In this document: positions 12,101-23,234 of the stretch, in pieces
How the letters are laid out: every line of letters starts with the position of its first letter
Numbering within the stretch: the first letter of the stretch is position 1
Source of the DNA: Chiloscyllium plagiosum
Lineage: Eukaryota
Assembly (NCBI RefSeq): GCF_004010195.1
Contig: NC_057756.1
Span: 6,614,788 to 6,678,787, forward strand
Direction: 5' to 3'
Length of the DNA stretch: 64,000 bases
Made by a program: the position numbers and the translations under genes
The notes under the pieces: model-generated
Database searches by the model: none
What the model saw: only the letters and a program-made list of their open reading frames with translations
What the model was told of the DNA's origin: nothing

Positions 12101-15100
12101 TTGAATGTCTGATCAATGGTAACCCCCGGAATGTTGACAGTGAGCGATTTAATTATGGTAATGCTGTCGATTGTTACGGTAATGGTTAGATTGTCTCTGT
12201 CAGCGATAGACATTGCATGGTATTTATGTGACATGATTGGTTCCTTGCCACTTGTAAGTCCAAGCCTGGCTGATCATGTTTTGCTGCATTTAAACAATGA
12301 CTGCTTCAGAAATGCCCTGAAATTTGTTTGAAAGTCACTTGGATAGGGACATGAATCGGAAGGATTTAGAGGGATATCAGCCAGATGTTGGTAGATGGGA
12401 CTCGATTAATTTAGGATATCTGGTTGACATGGATGTGTTGGACCAAAGGTTTTGCTTCCAAGCTGCACAATTTTACGCTGCAGACAGCTTACTCCATGAC
12501 TAAGACAATTGGGTCTATCATTTCTTCTGAGACCGATATTATTTTCCAAACATGCATTTTGCTCATAAAATTAGTGCATTACAAGACATTTCTCCTTGAA
12601 AATGAAAGAAAATGCCATAAAGTTCACCTTTCCAGATGTTTGATGAAGGTACAACATTATATTTACACTATACATACAGTGTTAAACTTGCATGCCAAAT
12701 GGATCTCAGCAGCTTATGGCCATTTAGTACACAATGTTTGGACACACTGTGTATGTATTGGCTTTCTGCTTGACCCAACCATCCTGGTTGAGAGTGTGGT
12801 ATTTACGGGCGACATGGTGGCTCAGTGGTTAGCACTGCTGCCTCACAACACCAGGGTCCCAGGTTTGATTCCAGCCTCAGGCGACTGTCTGTGCGGAGAT
12901 TGCACATTCTCCCTGTGTCTGTGTGGGTTTCCTCCGGGTGCTCTGGTTTCCTCCCACATTCCAAAGATGTGCAGGTCAGGTGAATTGGCCAGGCTAAATT
13001 GTCCATAGTTACTAGGTGCATTAGTCAGAGGTGGGTGGGTTACTCTTTGGAGGGTTGGTGTGGACTTGTTGAGCCGAAGGGCCTGTTTCCACATTGTAGG
13101 AAATCTAATCAAATCTAAAAGCACAGCAGGTCAGGTAGTATCTGAGGAGCAGAAGGATCGATGTTGTGGAAATAAACATCAGGAATATACCTGAAACGTC
13201 GATTCTCCTGCTCCTCAGATGCTGTCTGACCTGCTATGCTTTTCCAGCACCACACTCCCAACTCTGATCTCCAGCATTTGCAGTCCTCACTTTCTCCTCA
13301 ACCATCCTGGTAGCTACCAACTTTGGTCATTGATTTCAGTGAAGTTAGAGCTCAACTGGAAAAATGAACAACTCAAAACTGAGATTTGACAGAATTCAAT
13401 TCCTTTTTTAACATAAGGAGACCAACAATGTCATGGCAAAAACAACACTGAAGTGCTAAACAGGCATGACCTGTCTGAATATCAGCAGAGATTCTGAAGG
13501 ATGAATGGTTCTGTCTTCCATAGTCTGTAACTACTGCTGGCATCATAAATGATTTAAATATAATGTTCTGTGTTGAGTTAGCTGGGAACGTAATCCATTG
13601 TCCCATTAGCTTCTGAAGCCAGCCACAACTCATCAACATGGATCTGAAATGATTTGGGAGATTTCACTCTAGTAACCTGTGCTTTTTCCAACGCTATGCT
13701 TTATCAACTCTGACTCTCCAGCATCTGCAGTCCTCACTTACTCCTAACCTCAATCAATAGCTTGCTGTCAATTAATAGGGTGGCATGGTGGTTCAGTGGT
13801 TGGCACTGCTACCGCACAGTGCCAGGGCCCTGGGTTCCAGCCTTGAGTGACTCTCTGTGTGGTGTTTGCACAAATTCCTCGTGTCTGTGTGGGTTTCCAC
13901 CAGTTGCACCAATTTCCTCCTGGAGATGTGCAGAATAGGTGGACTGGCCATAGGGAATTGTCCTGAACTGTCCATGGATGTGCAGGCGAGGTGGATTAGC
14001 CCTGGGAAATGGGGTGGGGGGGGGGGGTAAGAAAGAATGGGGGTAGATGGAATGCTTTTCAGAGTGTTGGTGCAGACATGATGGATCGAATGGCCTCTTG
14101 CTGCACTGTAAGGATTAGATCACGTAATGTCATTATCTCCCTTAGTTAGTCAATAAAAAGAGGTCTTCAATGTAAACACCACAACTCCTTGATTAAAATG
14201 CGCATAATTTGGACACCATTGTTCTTTGTTGTAGGGAGATCCAGCATCATATCTGGTCCAACCTGCACCAATTCCAAGATTGGCCTCGCTTGTACCTGCA
14301 GAGTCAGAGCCAATCCCCCAGTAAACGTCACATGGACCCTCAATGGGAGAAAGATCACGGGAAACACTTCAGATGTTAGAGTTCATTCCTGGAGAATGAA
14401 TAATGGCCTGTTTCAGAGCACCCTCAAACTGAAGCATCTCACTGGATTTGAAAAACTAATCTCATGCACGGCTGAGAATGCGCAGGGTGTTAGTGTCAGC
14501 AGGTACCAGCTCCATTCAACAGGTACATCTCTGAATGTAATTATTAGAAACAGCTTACCCTGTCACAAAGTCAACTGTGGTAGTAAATTTGTAGTCTCTT
14601 TTCCGCAAAACGTAGCAAACCAAAATTATATATAATATTTTACTGAACCCGTTATTAAATGCAGGATTGATTTTTTTGTAACCAACGTATTGAGAGATAT
14701 TGTTCAACCTCTAGGGCAGGTGTGCCTGTGTCCAGCCCCAACTGACCACTATCACTGTGAATGTGAACCATAGAATATAGAAAATAGTTGAAGGAGTAGA
14801 CCATTTGCTGTTCCAGTCTGTGCCGACATGCAATATGGTCACGACTGATCATCCAAGTCCATCCCTTGTTCCTGCCTTCTCCCCATTCTCTCTGATCCTT
14901 TTAACAATAAGAACAAAATCGCTCTCCTTCACAAAAAACACTCAATGCATTTGCCTCATCTGCTTTCTCTCGGTATAATGTTAATGCGCATATAATGCCC
15001 AGCTCAATGTCTTCTCTGAAGGTGTGACTGTAATAATTGTAACTTTTATTCATTGTGATCAAAATGAATTTATATGAAGTGGGAGATGTCTCTTGTGTCC

Positions 15101-18100
15101 ATTAAACCGACAGGAATCATTCTGTTAATTTGGGTCTTTTTGATACCAGAAACTCTTCTCAATGTTATGGACTATGCTCCTGGCTGTCATTCAGTTGATT
15201 TCAAGAATTAGAGCAGGAGTAGGCCATTTGGCCCATCGACTCTCCTGTACCATTTAATCACACCATGGTCGCTCAGGTTCTGGACTGAACTCCCCTTTTC
15301 TGTCTGTCCACCCTGCAGACCATGTCTCTCTTGTTGAATGGAAATTTACCAAGCACTTTAATTTAGTCAATGGCCACACCCACTGCTGGCTGGGGAAGAG
15401 TGTTCCAAAGATTGCGAGAAAGAGAGTGAAGGAGTTACTAAGCCCCCTCGGACTTTTCAGCCATACCAGTTGATCCCCTTCGACCAAAGAATGATATCTA
15501 ACTCCTTCTTCAAAACATCCAATGTTTTGGCCACAGAACTTCCACAGGCTCCCCACTCTCCAGGTGAAAACATGTCTCCTCATTTTATTCCTAAGTCACC
15601 TAACCCGGACTCTTAGGCGATGACCCCTTCTGATTCTGGGCTCCCTTGTCATAGGGAACATCCTTCCTGCATTTGCACTGTCTAGCCCAGTTAAACTTTT
15701 ATAGGTTTCTGTGAGATCCCTCTCTCCCCCACTCTTCTAAGTGCAAGGGATTATATTCAAATGCAATCCAGTTATGCTTCATACATCAGCACTTGTTACC
15801 CCATTCCTACCTGAATCTAACCCCTTGAACTGAAGGGAGCGACCCATACTGGTCTATTTCAGAAGGGAGACAAGTGGGAAACATTTTATTGTGGATGTAA
15901 AGTCACATATGGCAACACAGCATTGGGACGGTAGATTTCATTCTCATGACTTTGATATTTCTTTTCTCCATCGATCTATATGGGTTGTCATGCACAGCGT
16001 TATTGAGACTACATTTCAATCCCAAATAAAATATATATATATATATATATTTGAATTCCACCACCAGCCTAATTTAACGAATATCTCCAAAGCATTATCT
16101 ACAATCTCAGGATTGCGAGGCCATCTCACCTTTGAGGAATAGAGCAACTTTATTATGTTAACATATATAGGGAAGTGTATTTTCATTCAGATAAATGCTA
16201 TGTCACTATCAACTCATAATCTTAGAGCACTGCCTTTTCTGAATATTCCTAGGAAGCCTTCCCTGGATAATTTCCATCTCTGTCGGAACAGCTTTGGCCG
16301 TTATCAGTCTGATTTGGATTGCAGTGAAGGTGCGGAGGTATGTGTTTATTTTGGCATGTCATGCTTAAACTCAGGTATCATAGGCTGCACTTTAGATATG
16401 GTATGTTTAAACTCAGGTATCATAGACTGCCCTTTCGGTCGGTATGTTTAAACTCAGGTATCATTATCATAGACTGCCCTTTCGGTCGGTATGTTTAAAC
16501 TCAGGTATCATAGACTGCCCTTTCGGTCGGTATGTTTAAACTCAGGTAACACAGACTGCCCTTTAGGTATGGTATGTTTAAACTCAGGTATCACAGACTG
16601 CCTTTTCAGGCTGATAGCATCAGATGACTGCATATATGGAGGGCTCAGTTAGAATGGTTTACTCTGAGATTCCTGATCCTGCAACTGAGTTGAGAATTAA
16701 AAAGGGGGCAATGGAGGAGAGATTATTTCTCAGTGTTTCAATTCAACCTGTTGTCACACTTCTCTGTAGTGAAAAGGGACTCCAGCCTCCAGCCTTCTGT
16801 ACCAAAGGTAGGGACACTACCACATCAGTCATAGGAGCCCCATAAAGAAAGGGTGTCCTCATTTGTGGGCTTATAGGTTACAAGTTAATCAACACTTTCA
16901 AGTGTATTGTCTATACTCTGGGTACAGATGGGACTTGAACCTAGAATTCTCTAGTCCAGTGGTAGGGAGACAGTGACTGGACCACAGGAGACTATGTTCC
17001 AAACTGCTGAAAATAGGGGGATGACAGAAGTTTTCGGGAGCCCCCGGTGGGCATACCACTGGCCGATCACCGATCCATCACTTCTCTCAGCCACAGTACC
17101 AAGAGACCAAGAGGGAACAATTGCCGTCCTGGCTTCACAAGGTTCTATTCCCTACAGAATTGATTCAAATTTCAGCAGAATGGTAAGAGAATGCACCCCA
17201 GCAGTGGGAAATTGTGAGAGAAATGTCCTCACAATAAGCACGTGAAGTGTAATACCGTCTGTCTGCTCAAGCCATTCTCAATGCATGCTGGCTTTCTGTC
17301 ATTGCAAGCATCTGCCCAAACAGCAGTTTCCAAATTCATTACATGACTGAAAATGTCTTTGGGAGGAATCCTCAAGTCAGGGTGAGATTTCAATGCAAAT
17401 TCAATCTTGTTGGTTTTGACCGCCATAGTCGTTGTCGTGCCCTTCTTTAAAAAAAGGTACATTCACAAGATTTCGCCATCATTGGCTGGGCCAGCGTTTT
17501 ATTGCCCCTTGAGAAGGCGATGGTGAGCTGCCTTCTTGAGACATGTGCTGCAGTCCATGTGCTGCAGGTAGACTCCCAATGGAGTTAGGGGAGTGAACTC
17601 CAGGATTTTAACCCAGTGACTCTGAAAGAAAGGCGATATATTTCCAAATCAGGATGGTAAGTGGCTTGCAGCAGAACCTGCAGGGGGTCATGTTCCAATG
17701 TCTCTGCTGCCCTTATCGTTCTAGATTGAAGGAGTTATGTGTTTGGAAGGTACTGTCTGAGGAGGCTTAGTGAATTCCTGCAGTGCACTATGTAGATGTT
17801 CACAGGGAGTCCGAGAGGAAAAGTAGGAAGAGTTCAGTGGATGGTGACTTTGTTCTTGTCTTCAAAAGGGAATTGCATTAATTTCTTACTGAGGAAAAAG
17901 TCCATCATATGGAAGTACTTTTAATATGAATACAGGTCCACGGTATCTTCTGTCTTAGATTCTTCCTCAAGGGGTCACTGAAATAACTCCACAAAGGTCA
18001 GTATCCTGTCACCAGGTCACCCTTTATTTCCATGTGTATAGTACATGACACTGACCCAACTAGCTCAGAGCAGGCTCTCAGGGTGAGCAGAAGCCCCGAC

Positions 18101-21100
18101 ACTTTTGTTTATTTATTTTTTCATTTTTTTTTTGTGTGTGTGCAGGTGTGAGACACAGTGAAAGACACAAGGTGTACAAATCTTTATTCAATTCCCACCA
18201 CCAGGAAGAAAGGAAACACCCGAGTGGCCAGTGACAAGCAGTGCCCTTCACATCAAAGGGCAATACTGTGTGATCAAACAGTGAAGGGGAGGGCAGGGAT
18301 TAAATCAAAATAGAGTTGGATGGGGAAATAATAGACTCCACTCCCCGTGGCACCCACCTCTCCCTGAACAGCTCATGGGTGTTGGTGGACACCATGTGCT
18401 CCTTCTTCAGAGACACTCGGGCTCTAATATAACCACGGAAGAGGGACAGGTAGTTGGGCCTAATGACCCCCTCCACGACCCCGCTGGCTGGATCTGTTTA
18501 TGGCCAGTTTGGCCAGGCCCAGGAGCAGACCCATGAGGTGGTCCTCAGACCTGCCCTGCCCCCTCCGTACCGGGTGACACTCCTGTTTCTATGTGTCAGG
18601 CAGAGCTCCCTGACTGGACCAGGTTAACAGCCCCAATCGGGGAACTCCTATTCTATGAGGTCCACCTGCTGAACTCACATCTTCCCATTGTCCACTCAGT
18701 CAAACCCCTTAGGATCTTATGTTGCTTCAATAAAATCACTGCTCATTCTCCTGAACTCCAATTGCTTCAGGCACAAATTGTCTAATCTTTCCTCATAAGG
18801 TAACCTCCTTCACTCAGAAATATTTGTTAGCAATTTGTTGCCTGGTTAGAATCTGCACTGTGCTCAGGCTGGGCAGCAACTGAGGAGCAGGAAAATTGAC
18901 ATTTTGGGCAGGAGCCCTTCATCAGAAAGGGTAAAGGGCTCCTGCCTGAGGTGTCGATTTTCCTGCTCCTCAGATGCTGCCTGATGTGCTATGCTTTTCC
19001 AGCACCGCTCTAATCTCCAGCATCTGCAGTCCTCACTTTTGCCTAATGTGTTCAGGCTCGCTGTTCATGCAGAATCCCAGCAACCTGTCAGACTCATTTC
19101 TACTGATTTTTGCGTGCACCACGTTACCTGCTTACTTGGAACTCTTTAACGATTTTTGTTTTTAGCAGGAAGAAAAGAGATATAGTTGCTACTCCTGCAG
19201 CCAGTTTGACACAGCACCCACTGAACACAGAGGTAAGTGAGAACATGGAAAGTACCTAAATCAGAAGTGGCTATCACATAATTTTGGATTCTGGTTCTGA
19301 CCAACTCAATGGAAAATCCCTGTTTGATGGAACTCATGCATTAGCAACTGCCCACCTCAGTCCATAGCTTGGAGGTGACTCATTGAACGATTGCTCTGGG
19401 AAATGAGTCACAGATATGTTCTGAGTCACAAATTTCAAAAAGGCCCAAAGATAGATGTATCCTCCACATGCAGAAAAAAAAATACTAAACTTCTTTTTAA
19501 ACTTTCAAAAGAAACTTACAGCATATGCTATCATGCATTTTACAATAGTTCCAGCTCGATCTCACAAAAAGTGCAAATGTTGCTCAATTGCTTTGACTCC
19601 AGTCTGGGATATCCTGCAGTACTTCAAAGCACTTATAAAACAAGTGAGACTTGTGATGTGGTTTTCTGGCTTATTGCCGCTCAGTTTGGGCTGATCTTTG
19701 AGCCCCACTATTCCACAAACTGTGACACGTGTTTCTACTGTGTATACCACAAAAACCAATTTACCTGACTGACTGCAACTCAGAACCTCAACAGAATATT
19801 CACTCTGTTTCGTCATAAAGAGGACAAATCACTCTAATTGTTATAAATATTTATCCTATAATAAAAATGACTAAAAAGATGGATCACTAATTACTGACCA
19901 ACTATTACTTAGGTCTATTTAAGCTATACATATATACTTAAGCTAAACCCTTTTAATCCCAAGATAGACTTGTTCACAAGTATCAGAATAACAAAGTAGT
20001 GTGATATTGGTGGGGGGAAATATAGTCATAGGAACCACAATTCTCAACCATAATTTCAGACCACAAAAGTAAAATGGTTCTCAGAATTCTCTTGATTCCT
20101 ACTGATTAAACATTGTCTGCAAAGCAATGAGCAGTCTTTAATTCACTGATTGATCAGTTGGACCCAGAGTCTTCCCTTTTGCATTATGTTCGAGAATTAT
20201 TTCTGTCAGCATCTCTGAAAGCCGTCATCTTTTTCCCATTTCTTTTGACAGAGAGCAGGAGAGAGAAATTTTACAGTGAAAAGTGACAGAGAGATGCTGT
20301 TTGTCACTGACCCTCTGAGGTTTCCCTTGGCATTTCACTCATGGGGGCTGAGTTAAGCTGCAGGTTGAACAATCAGAAGGCTGTCCCTTTGCTCAGCTCT
20401 CCTGAACCCACAGCAAGTGCTGCCAATGTCTCTGGATTCACCATGTGTCCCAGGCCCACGCACTAAACAGCCCCACCGCCCTGGGGCAGAACACTTTAAC
20501 TCCCCCGCCCACTCTGCCAAGAACATGGCTGCTCCACTGCCAAACTCTAGCTGCCCAACAATTAGAGGAAGAACACCTCATCATCCACCTTGGGCCCCTC
20601 CAAACACATGGTGTCAATGTGGATTTCATCGGTTTCCTGATTTCCCCTCCCCCTGCCTTATCATAGATCCAACTTTTCAACACGGCACTGCCCTCTTGAA
20701 CTATCTTACCCGTCCATCTTCCTTCCCACCTATCCAGTCCATCCTCTGCTCTGACCTATAACCTTCATCCCCACCTTCATCTACCTATCGCATTCCCAGC
20801 TACCTTTCCCCCAGCCCCACGTCCCCTCCCATTTATCGCTCAGCCCCTTGGGCCACCCCCTCATTCCTCATTGAAGAGCTTATGCTCAAAATGTCAACTC
20901 TCCTCGGATGCTGCCTGACTGGCTGTGCTTTTCCAGCACTACACTCTTCGACTCTGCTCTCCAGCATCTGCAGTCCTCACTTTCTCCAATGTGTTTGGAC
21001 TCACTCTCCCAAAACAAACTACTTTTTCCGAAGAGCAGCAATTTGATTCACTCGGACTTGAACAAGTTGCAAACAGGCTTCTTCCACACTTTTTTAAAAA

Positions 21101-22701
21101 TAAAGCGCTGTCCACCTGCCCATTCAGGTGCACAGTCAGATGGGATGGAAAACAAAATCTCGCAGAACAGAAAGGAATTTCTTGTTAAAATATTGGAGAA
21201 ACTTGCAAAGGTTTGCTGCACCATTTTTCTGGTCTCAAAAGGTTTCCATATTGCATGTTCCACTCTAAAATACACCCACAAAATATCAATACTCTTCGTG
21301 TTCATAGTGTGTAATCCTTCGAAGGAGATGTCGCTTGGAATTCCTGAATCTTGGAATGAACCAGCTTGCAACTGTCATGGGTAAGACCTCCTTGCACTGA
21401 AGGACCCATCAGGTCGAAGCAGTTTAAAGGGCAGGTCTCACCAACTAGATCATCCTCCAAATGCAGTTGACATTTATCGCCGAGTCTGTCCTTGGGAGCC
21501 AAACATAAAGTCCAGAATCAGGATGAACCTTGACAAAAAAAAACCATCATGAATCTCGTATTAAACCTGGTTTGCAAACTAATTGCAGAAGCATGTGCGT
21601 TGGAGGGGCCATGATTTGTTAGGAGAAAGTGAGGACTGCAGATGCTGGAGATCAGAGTGGAAAATGTGTTGCTAGAAAAGCGCAGCAGGTCAGGCAGCAT
21701 CCAAGGAGCAGGAGAATCGATGTTTCGGGCGTAAGAAGGGCTTATGCCCAAAACGTCGATTCTCCTGCTCCTTGGATGCTGCCGGGCCATGATTTGTTCC
21801 TAGCTACAGACATCTCGAGGGCACCGTGCTCAGTGGGTGTTACTCCAGACATACAAGAAGGAACGGTTAGTGAAGGCCCTTCTTCCCACTACCCATGCTG
21901 TTCCTTGGGGCTGATCCGAAACTTCGGACAATGAGGTGATTCTGGCAATCTGTTCATGGAACCATCCAATGGTATCCGCCATCTCTCCTGCCTTTCCCTC
22001 ACTCACACCTTCAGGTAGAAATTCCTATAACCCCTTCATTCACCTATTGAAGGACATTATCCTGTAACCCACCATTGTCCTTTTGGTTCTTCACTGAGCT
22101 GCGTAGGTGCATCATTCTGTACTGCCCTGTCACTTTTGTTTATGGGTTTTGGGCATCACTTAATTGGCTGACTGGCATTTATTGCTCATTCCTAGTTGCC
22201 CTGGATAATGTGGCCATGTGCTGTCTTCCTGAATCTTTGCAGTCTTTTGAGCGAGGGACAATGCTATGTTGAAGACAGATGATGACTTTAGATCCAAACA
22301 CTAGGAAGGAATGCTGATGTAAATGCAAGTCAGGATTGTGTGTGGCTTGGCAGGGAACTTGTAGGAGATGGTGTTCCCATGCATGTCATTCTGGGTGGTA
22401 GACACCATGGGTTTGGAAGGTGCTGCTAGAGGAGCTTTGCCAAGTGACCGCACTGGGGCTTCGAGATTTCTCGGTCCTTGCATTGGTTGGGACATTTGCA
22501 AGATACACTCCTGATTCAGGTAATACACTCCTATCTGTCCCACCAGATCCATAACTAACACATAGCTTTCTATCACAGACCAAGTCAGATGAAAGTGAGG
22601 AGGTTCTGTATTCAGCGGTCTGTGTTTTCAACGCTCACAAACCTGACCCTCCAGCCCAGGAAGAGGAGCCCAGTGAATATGCTGCAATTAAATGGAAATG
22701 A
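76..22701 (+). CDS. Siglec-like (CD22/MAG/CD33-related family) inhibitory receptor; predicted exons 76-121, 3786-4166, 5971-6273, 11213-11500, 14235-14522, 16253-16337, 19169(or 19166)-19232, 22579-22701; about 525 aa
   Basis: All introns are GT-AG with compatible phases (1,1,1,1,1,2,0), giving one open frame: leader / V-set / C2 / C2 / C2 / TM / tail with VLYSAV and SEYAAI. Orthology cannot be assigned by eye. Confidence 0.85.
194..918 (+). mobile_element. CR1-clade (HER1-like) LINE 3' fragment
   Basis: ORF 204-551 RDLGV...RPHPEYCVQFWSPY...LERVQRR; 3' tail of ttctatg repeats. A close paralog lies on the minus strand at 60330-60968. Confidence 0.9.
1077..3655 (+). mobile_element. CR1-clade (HER1-like) LINE, 5'-truncated, ORF2 broken by frameshifts and a stop
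   Basis: End of the endonuclease (LGSSDH), RT motifs NYRPISL, YLDFQKAFDKV, GVPQGSVLGP, FSDDTK; stop at 2962-2964; C-terminal RTRGH...FFSQRVV. Confidence 0.95.
3064..3275. mobile_element. Penelope-derived fold-back element nested in the LINE, with 13-bp TSD
   Basis: Internal inverted repeat; aaggttaagggga at 3051-3063 and 3276-3288. Confidence 0.75.
3786..4166 (+). CDS. Siglec V-set sialic-acid-binding domain exon
   Basis: Acceptor ttttccttatttag, donor g|gtaggt. Encodes WSLKVPWNVSAVKGSSAEIPCTFDYP...YKGRTELRGDLTKKQCSLLI...DEGEYYIRV. The B-E strand Cys pair, absent F-strand Cys and F-strand Arg (AGG 4091-4093) are Siglec hallmarks. Confidence 0.92.
4538..5517. repeat. Imperfect inverted repeat of about 1 kb in Siglec intron 2
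   Basis: About 4538-4688 pairs with about 5367-5517, and about 4727-4934 pairs with about 5075-5285. Near-identical ORF translations on opposite strands. Confidence 0.92.
5971..6273 (+). CDS. Siglec domain 2 (C2-set) exon
   Basis: Strong acceptor (...ctttctgctgacag), donor t|gtaagt. Encodes KPQITISELFIAGKPAHLNCSVTHSCSTC...W...STFSFVPSADDHGRTLVC...LRLDV, matching Siglec D2 (LTCS..C; P...DHG.L.C). Confidence 0.92.
6643..6940 (-). mobile_element. HE1-type tRNA-derived SINE; further copies near 12807+, 13778+, 25725-, 44150+, 45090+, 45895+, 47655-, 50970+, 58765+, 59200-, 62338+, 63120+
   Basis: A box (tggcacagtggttagc) and B box (ggttcagttcc), conserved body, tctaa-type tail. Confidence 0.9.
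7678..8720 (-). mobile_element. CR1/HER1 LINE 3' fragment containing a palindromic Penelope-type insert (about 8285-8543); similar LINE ends at 10425-10930-, 23500-24100-, 26250-26850-, 43910-44875-, 46590-47055+, 49290-49770+, 61215-61545-, 62110-62750+
   Basis: Shared 3' sequence encoding ESRTRGHR.RVRG..FKRDLRGNFFTQRVV..WNELPEEVVEAGTI. Confidence 0.85.
9148..9434 (+). pseudogene. Inactivated (pseudo)exon copy of the membrane-proximal Ig domain
   Basis: Paralogous to 11213-11500 and 14235-14522 (SCICRVRANPPANFTW) but 287 nt instead of 288, with a 1-nt deletion near 9160. Also an in-frame TAG at 9395-9397 and a destroyed donor (acag|ttac vs acag|gtac). Confidence 0.88.
11213..11500 (+). CDS. 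Ig C2-like exon, MAG D5 / Siglec membrane-proximal type (absent from the ORF track)
   Basis: Acceptor ccatttcttcag, 288 nt open, donor g|gtacgt. Encodes EPTIVFDLKCTSAKNETSCICIDRANPPANITWNISG...LILCRAENENGVSVRKYQLNST. Confidence 0.9.
14235..14522 (+). CDS. Ig C2-like exon, MAG D5 / Siglec membrane-proximal type
   Basis: Acceptor ttctttgttgtag, 288 nt, donor g|gtacat. Encodes RSSIISGPTCTNSKIGLACTCRVRANPPVNVTW...LISCTAENAQGVSVSRYQLHST. Confidence 0.9.
16253..16337 (+). CDS. Transmembrane exon of the Siglec-like gene
   Basis: Acceptor ttcctag, donor ag|gtatgt (phase 2). Encodes GSLPWIISISVGTALAVISLIWIAVKVR; no charged residue inside the TM. Confidence 0.88.
16359..16608 (+). repeat. 41-bp minisatellite, about 6 copies (ggtatgtttaaactcaggtatcatagactgccctttcggtc)
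   Basis: Directly visible tandem units immediately after the TM exon donor. Confidence 0.93.
19169..19232 (+). CDS. First cytoplasmic exon (RKKRDIVATPAASLTQHPLNTE)
   Basis: Acceptor tttttgtttttagcag (NAGNAG; 19166 is also in frame), phase 2 in, consensus donor gag|gtaagt, basic stop-transfer residues. Confidence 0.8.
20380..20990 (+). mobile_element. Penelope-like element 3' fragment (end of GIY-YIG region plus 3' repeat)
   Basis: Degenerate AEHFNS..H...and QQLEEEHLIIHLGPLQTHGVNVDF, followed by the pyrimidine-rich tract and decayed hammerhead seen in the short fold-back elements. Confidence 0.75.
22579..22701 (+). CDS. Terminal cytoplasmic exon with an ITIM and an ITIM-like motif
   Basis: Acceptor ctttctatcacag. 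Encodes TKSDESEEVLYSAVCVFNAHKPDPPAQEEEPSEYAAIKWK*. VLYSAV fits (I/V/L/S)xYxx(L/V); SEYAAI resembles the distal Siglec TEYSEI motif. Confidence 0.88.
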   Translation, partial: TKSDESEEVLYSAVCVFNAHKPDPPAQEEEPSEYAAIKWK

Positions 22702-22734
22702 TATCAAGATGGATTCACCCAATTCACCGAAATG

Positions 22735-23234
22735 NNNNNNNNNNNNNNNNNNNNNNNNNNNNNNNNNNNNNNNNNNNNNNNNNNNNNNNNNNNNNNNNNN
22801 NNNNNNNNNNNNNNNNNNNNNNNNNNNNNNNNNNNNNNNNNNNNNNNNNNNNNNNNNNNNNNNNNNNNNNNNNNNNNNNNNNNNNNNNNNNNNNNNNNNN
22901 NNNNNNNNNNNNNNNNNNNNNNNNNNNNNNNNNNNNNNNNNNNNNNNNNNNNNNNNNNNNNNNNNNNNNNNNNNNNNNNNNNNNNNNNNNNNNNNNNNNN
23001 NNNNNNNNNNNNNNNNNNNNNNNNNNNNNNNNNNNNNNNNNNNNNNNNNNNNNNNNNNNNNNNNNNNNNNNNNNNNNNNNNNNNNNNNNNNNNNNNNNNN
23101 NNNNNNNNNNNNNNNNNNNNNNNNNNNNNNNNNNNNNNNNNNNNNNNNNNNNNNNNNNNNNNNNNNNNNNNNNNNNNNNNNNNNNNNNNNNNNNNNNNNN
23201 NNNNNNNNNNNNNNNNNNNNNNNNNNNNNNNNNN
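22735..23234. other. Assembly gap of 500 N (a second 4-N gap at 27227-27230)
   Basis: Run of N; the ORFs spanning it are artefacts. Confidence 1.

Noticed and set aside
12807..12885. tRNA-like A/B boxes here and at other SINE heads
   Set aside because: They are HE1 SINE heads continuing into the SINE body, not tRNA genes.
16359..16608. CRISPR-like regular repeat
   Set aside because: No unique spacers, and the context is vertebrate. It is a plain minisatellite.
16610..16845. ORF with ITIM-like VYSEI just after the TM exon
   Set aside because: The only nearby acceptor (16609) gives a different frame that stops after about 14 codons, and the downstream part is SINE-like.
20990..21520. ORFs of 107-158 aa between the two Siglec cytoplasmic exons
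   Set aside because: No recognisable motifs and no phase 0-0 exon with convincing splice sites. Exons 19232 and 22579 join in frame without it.
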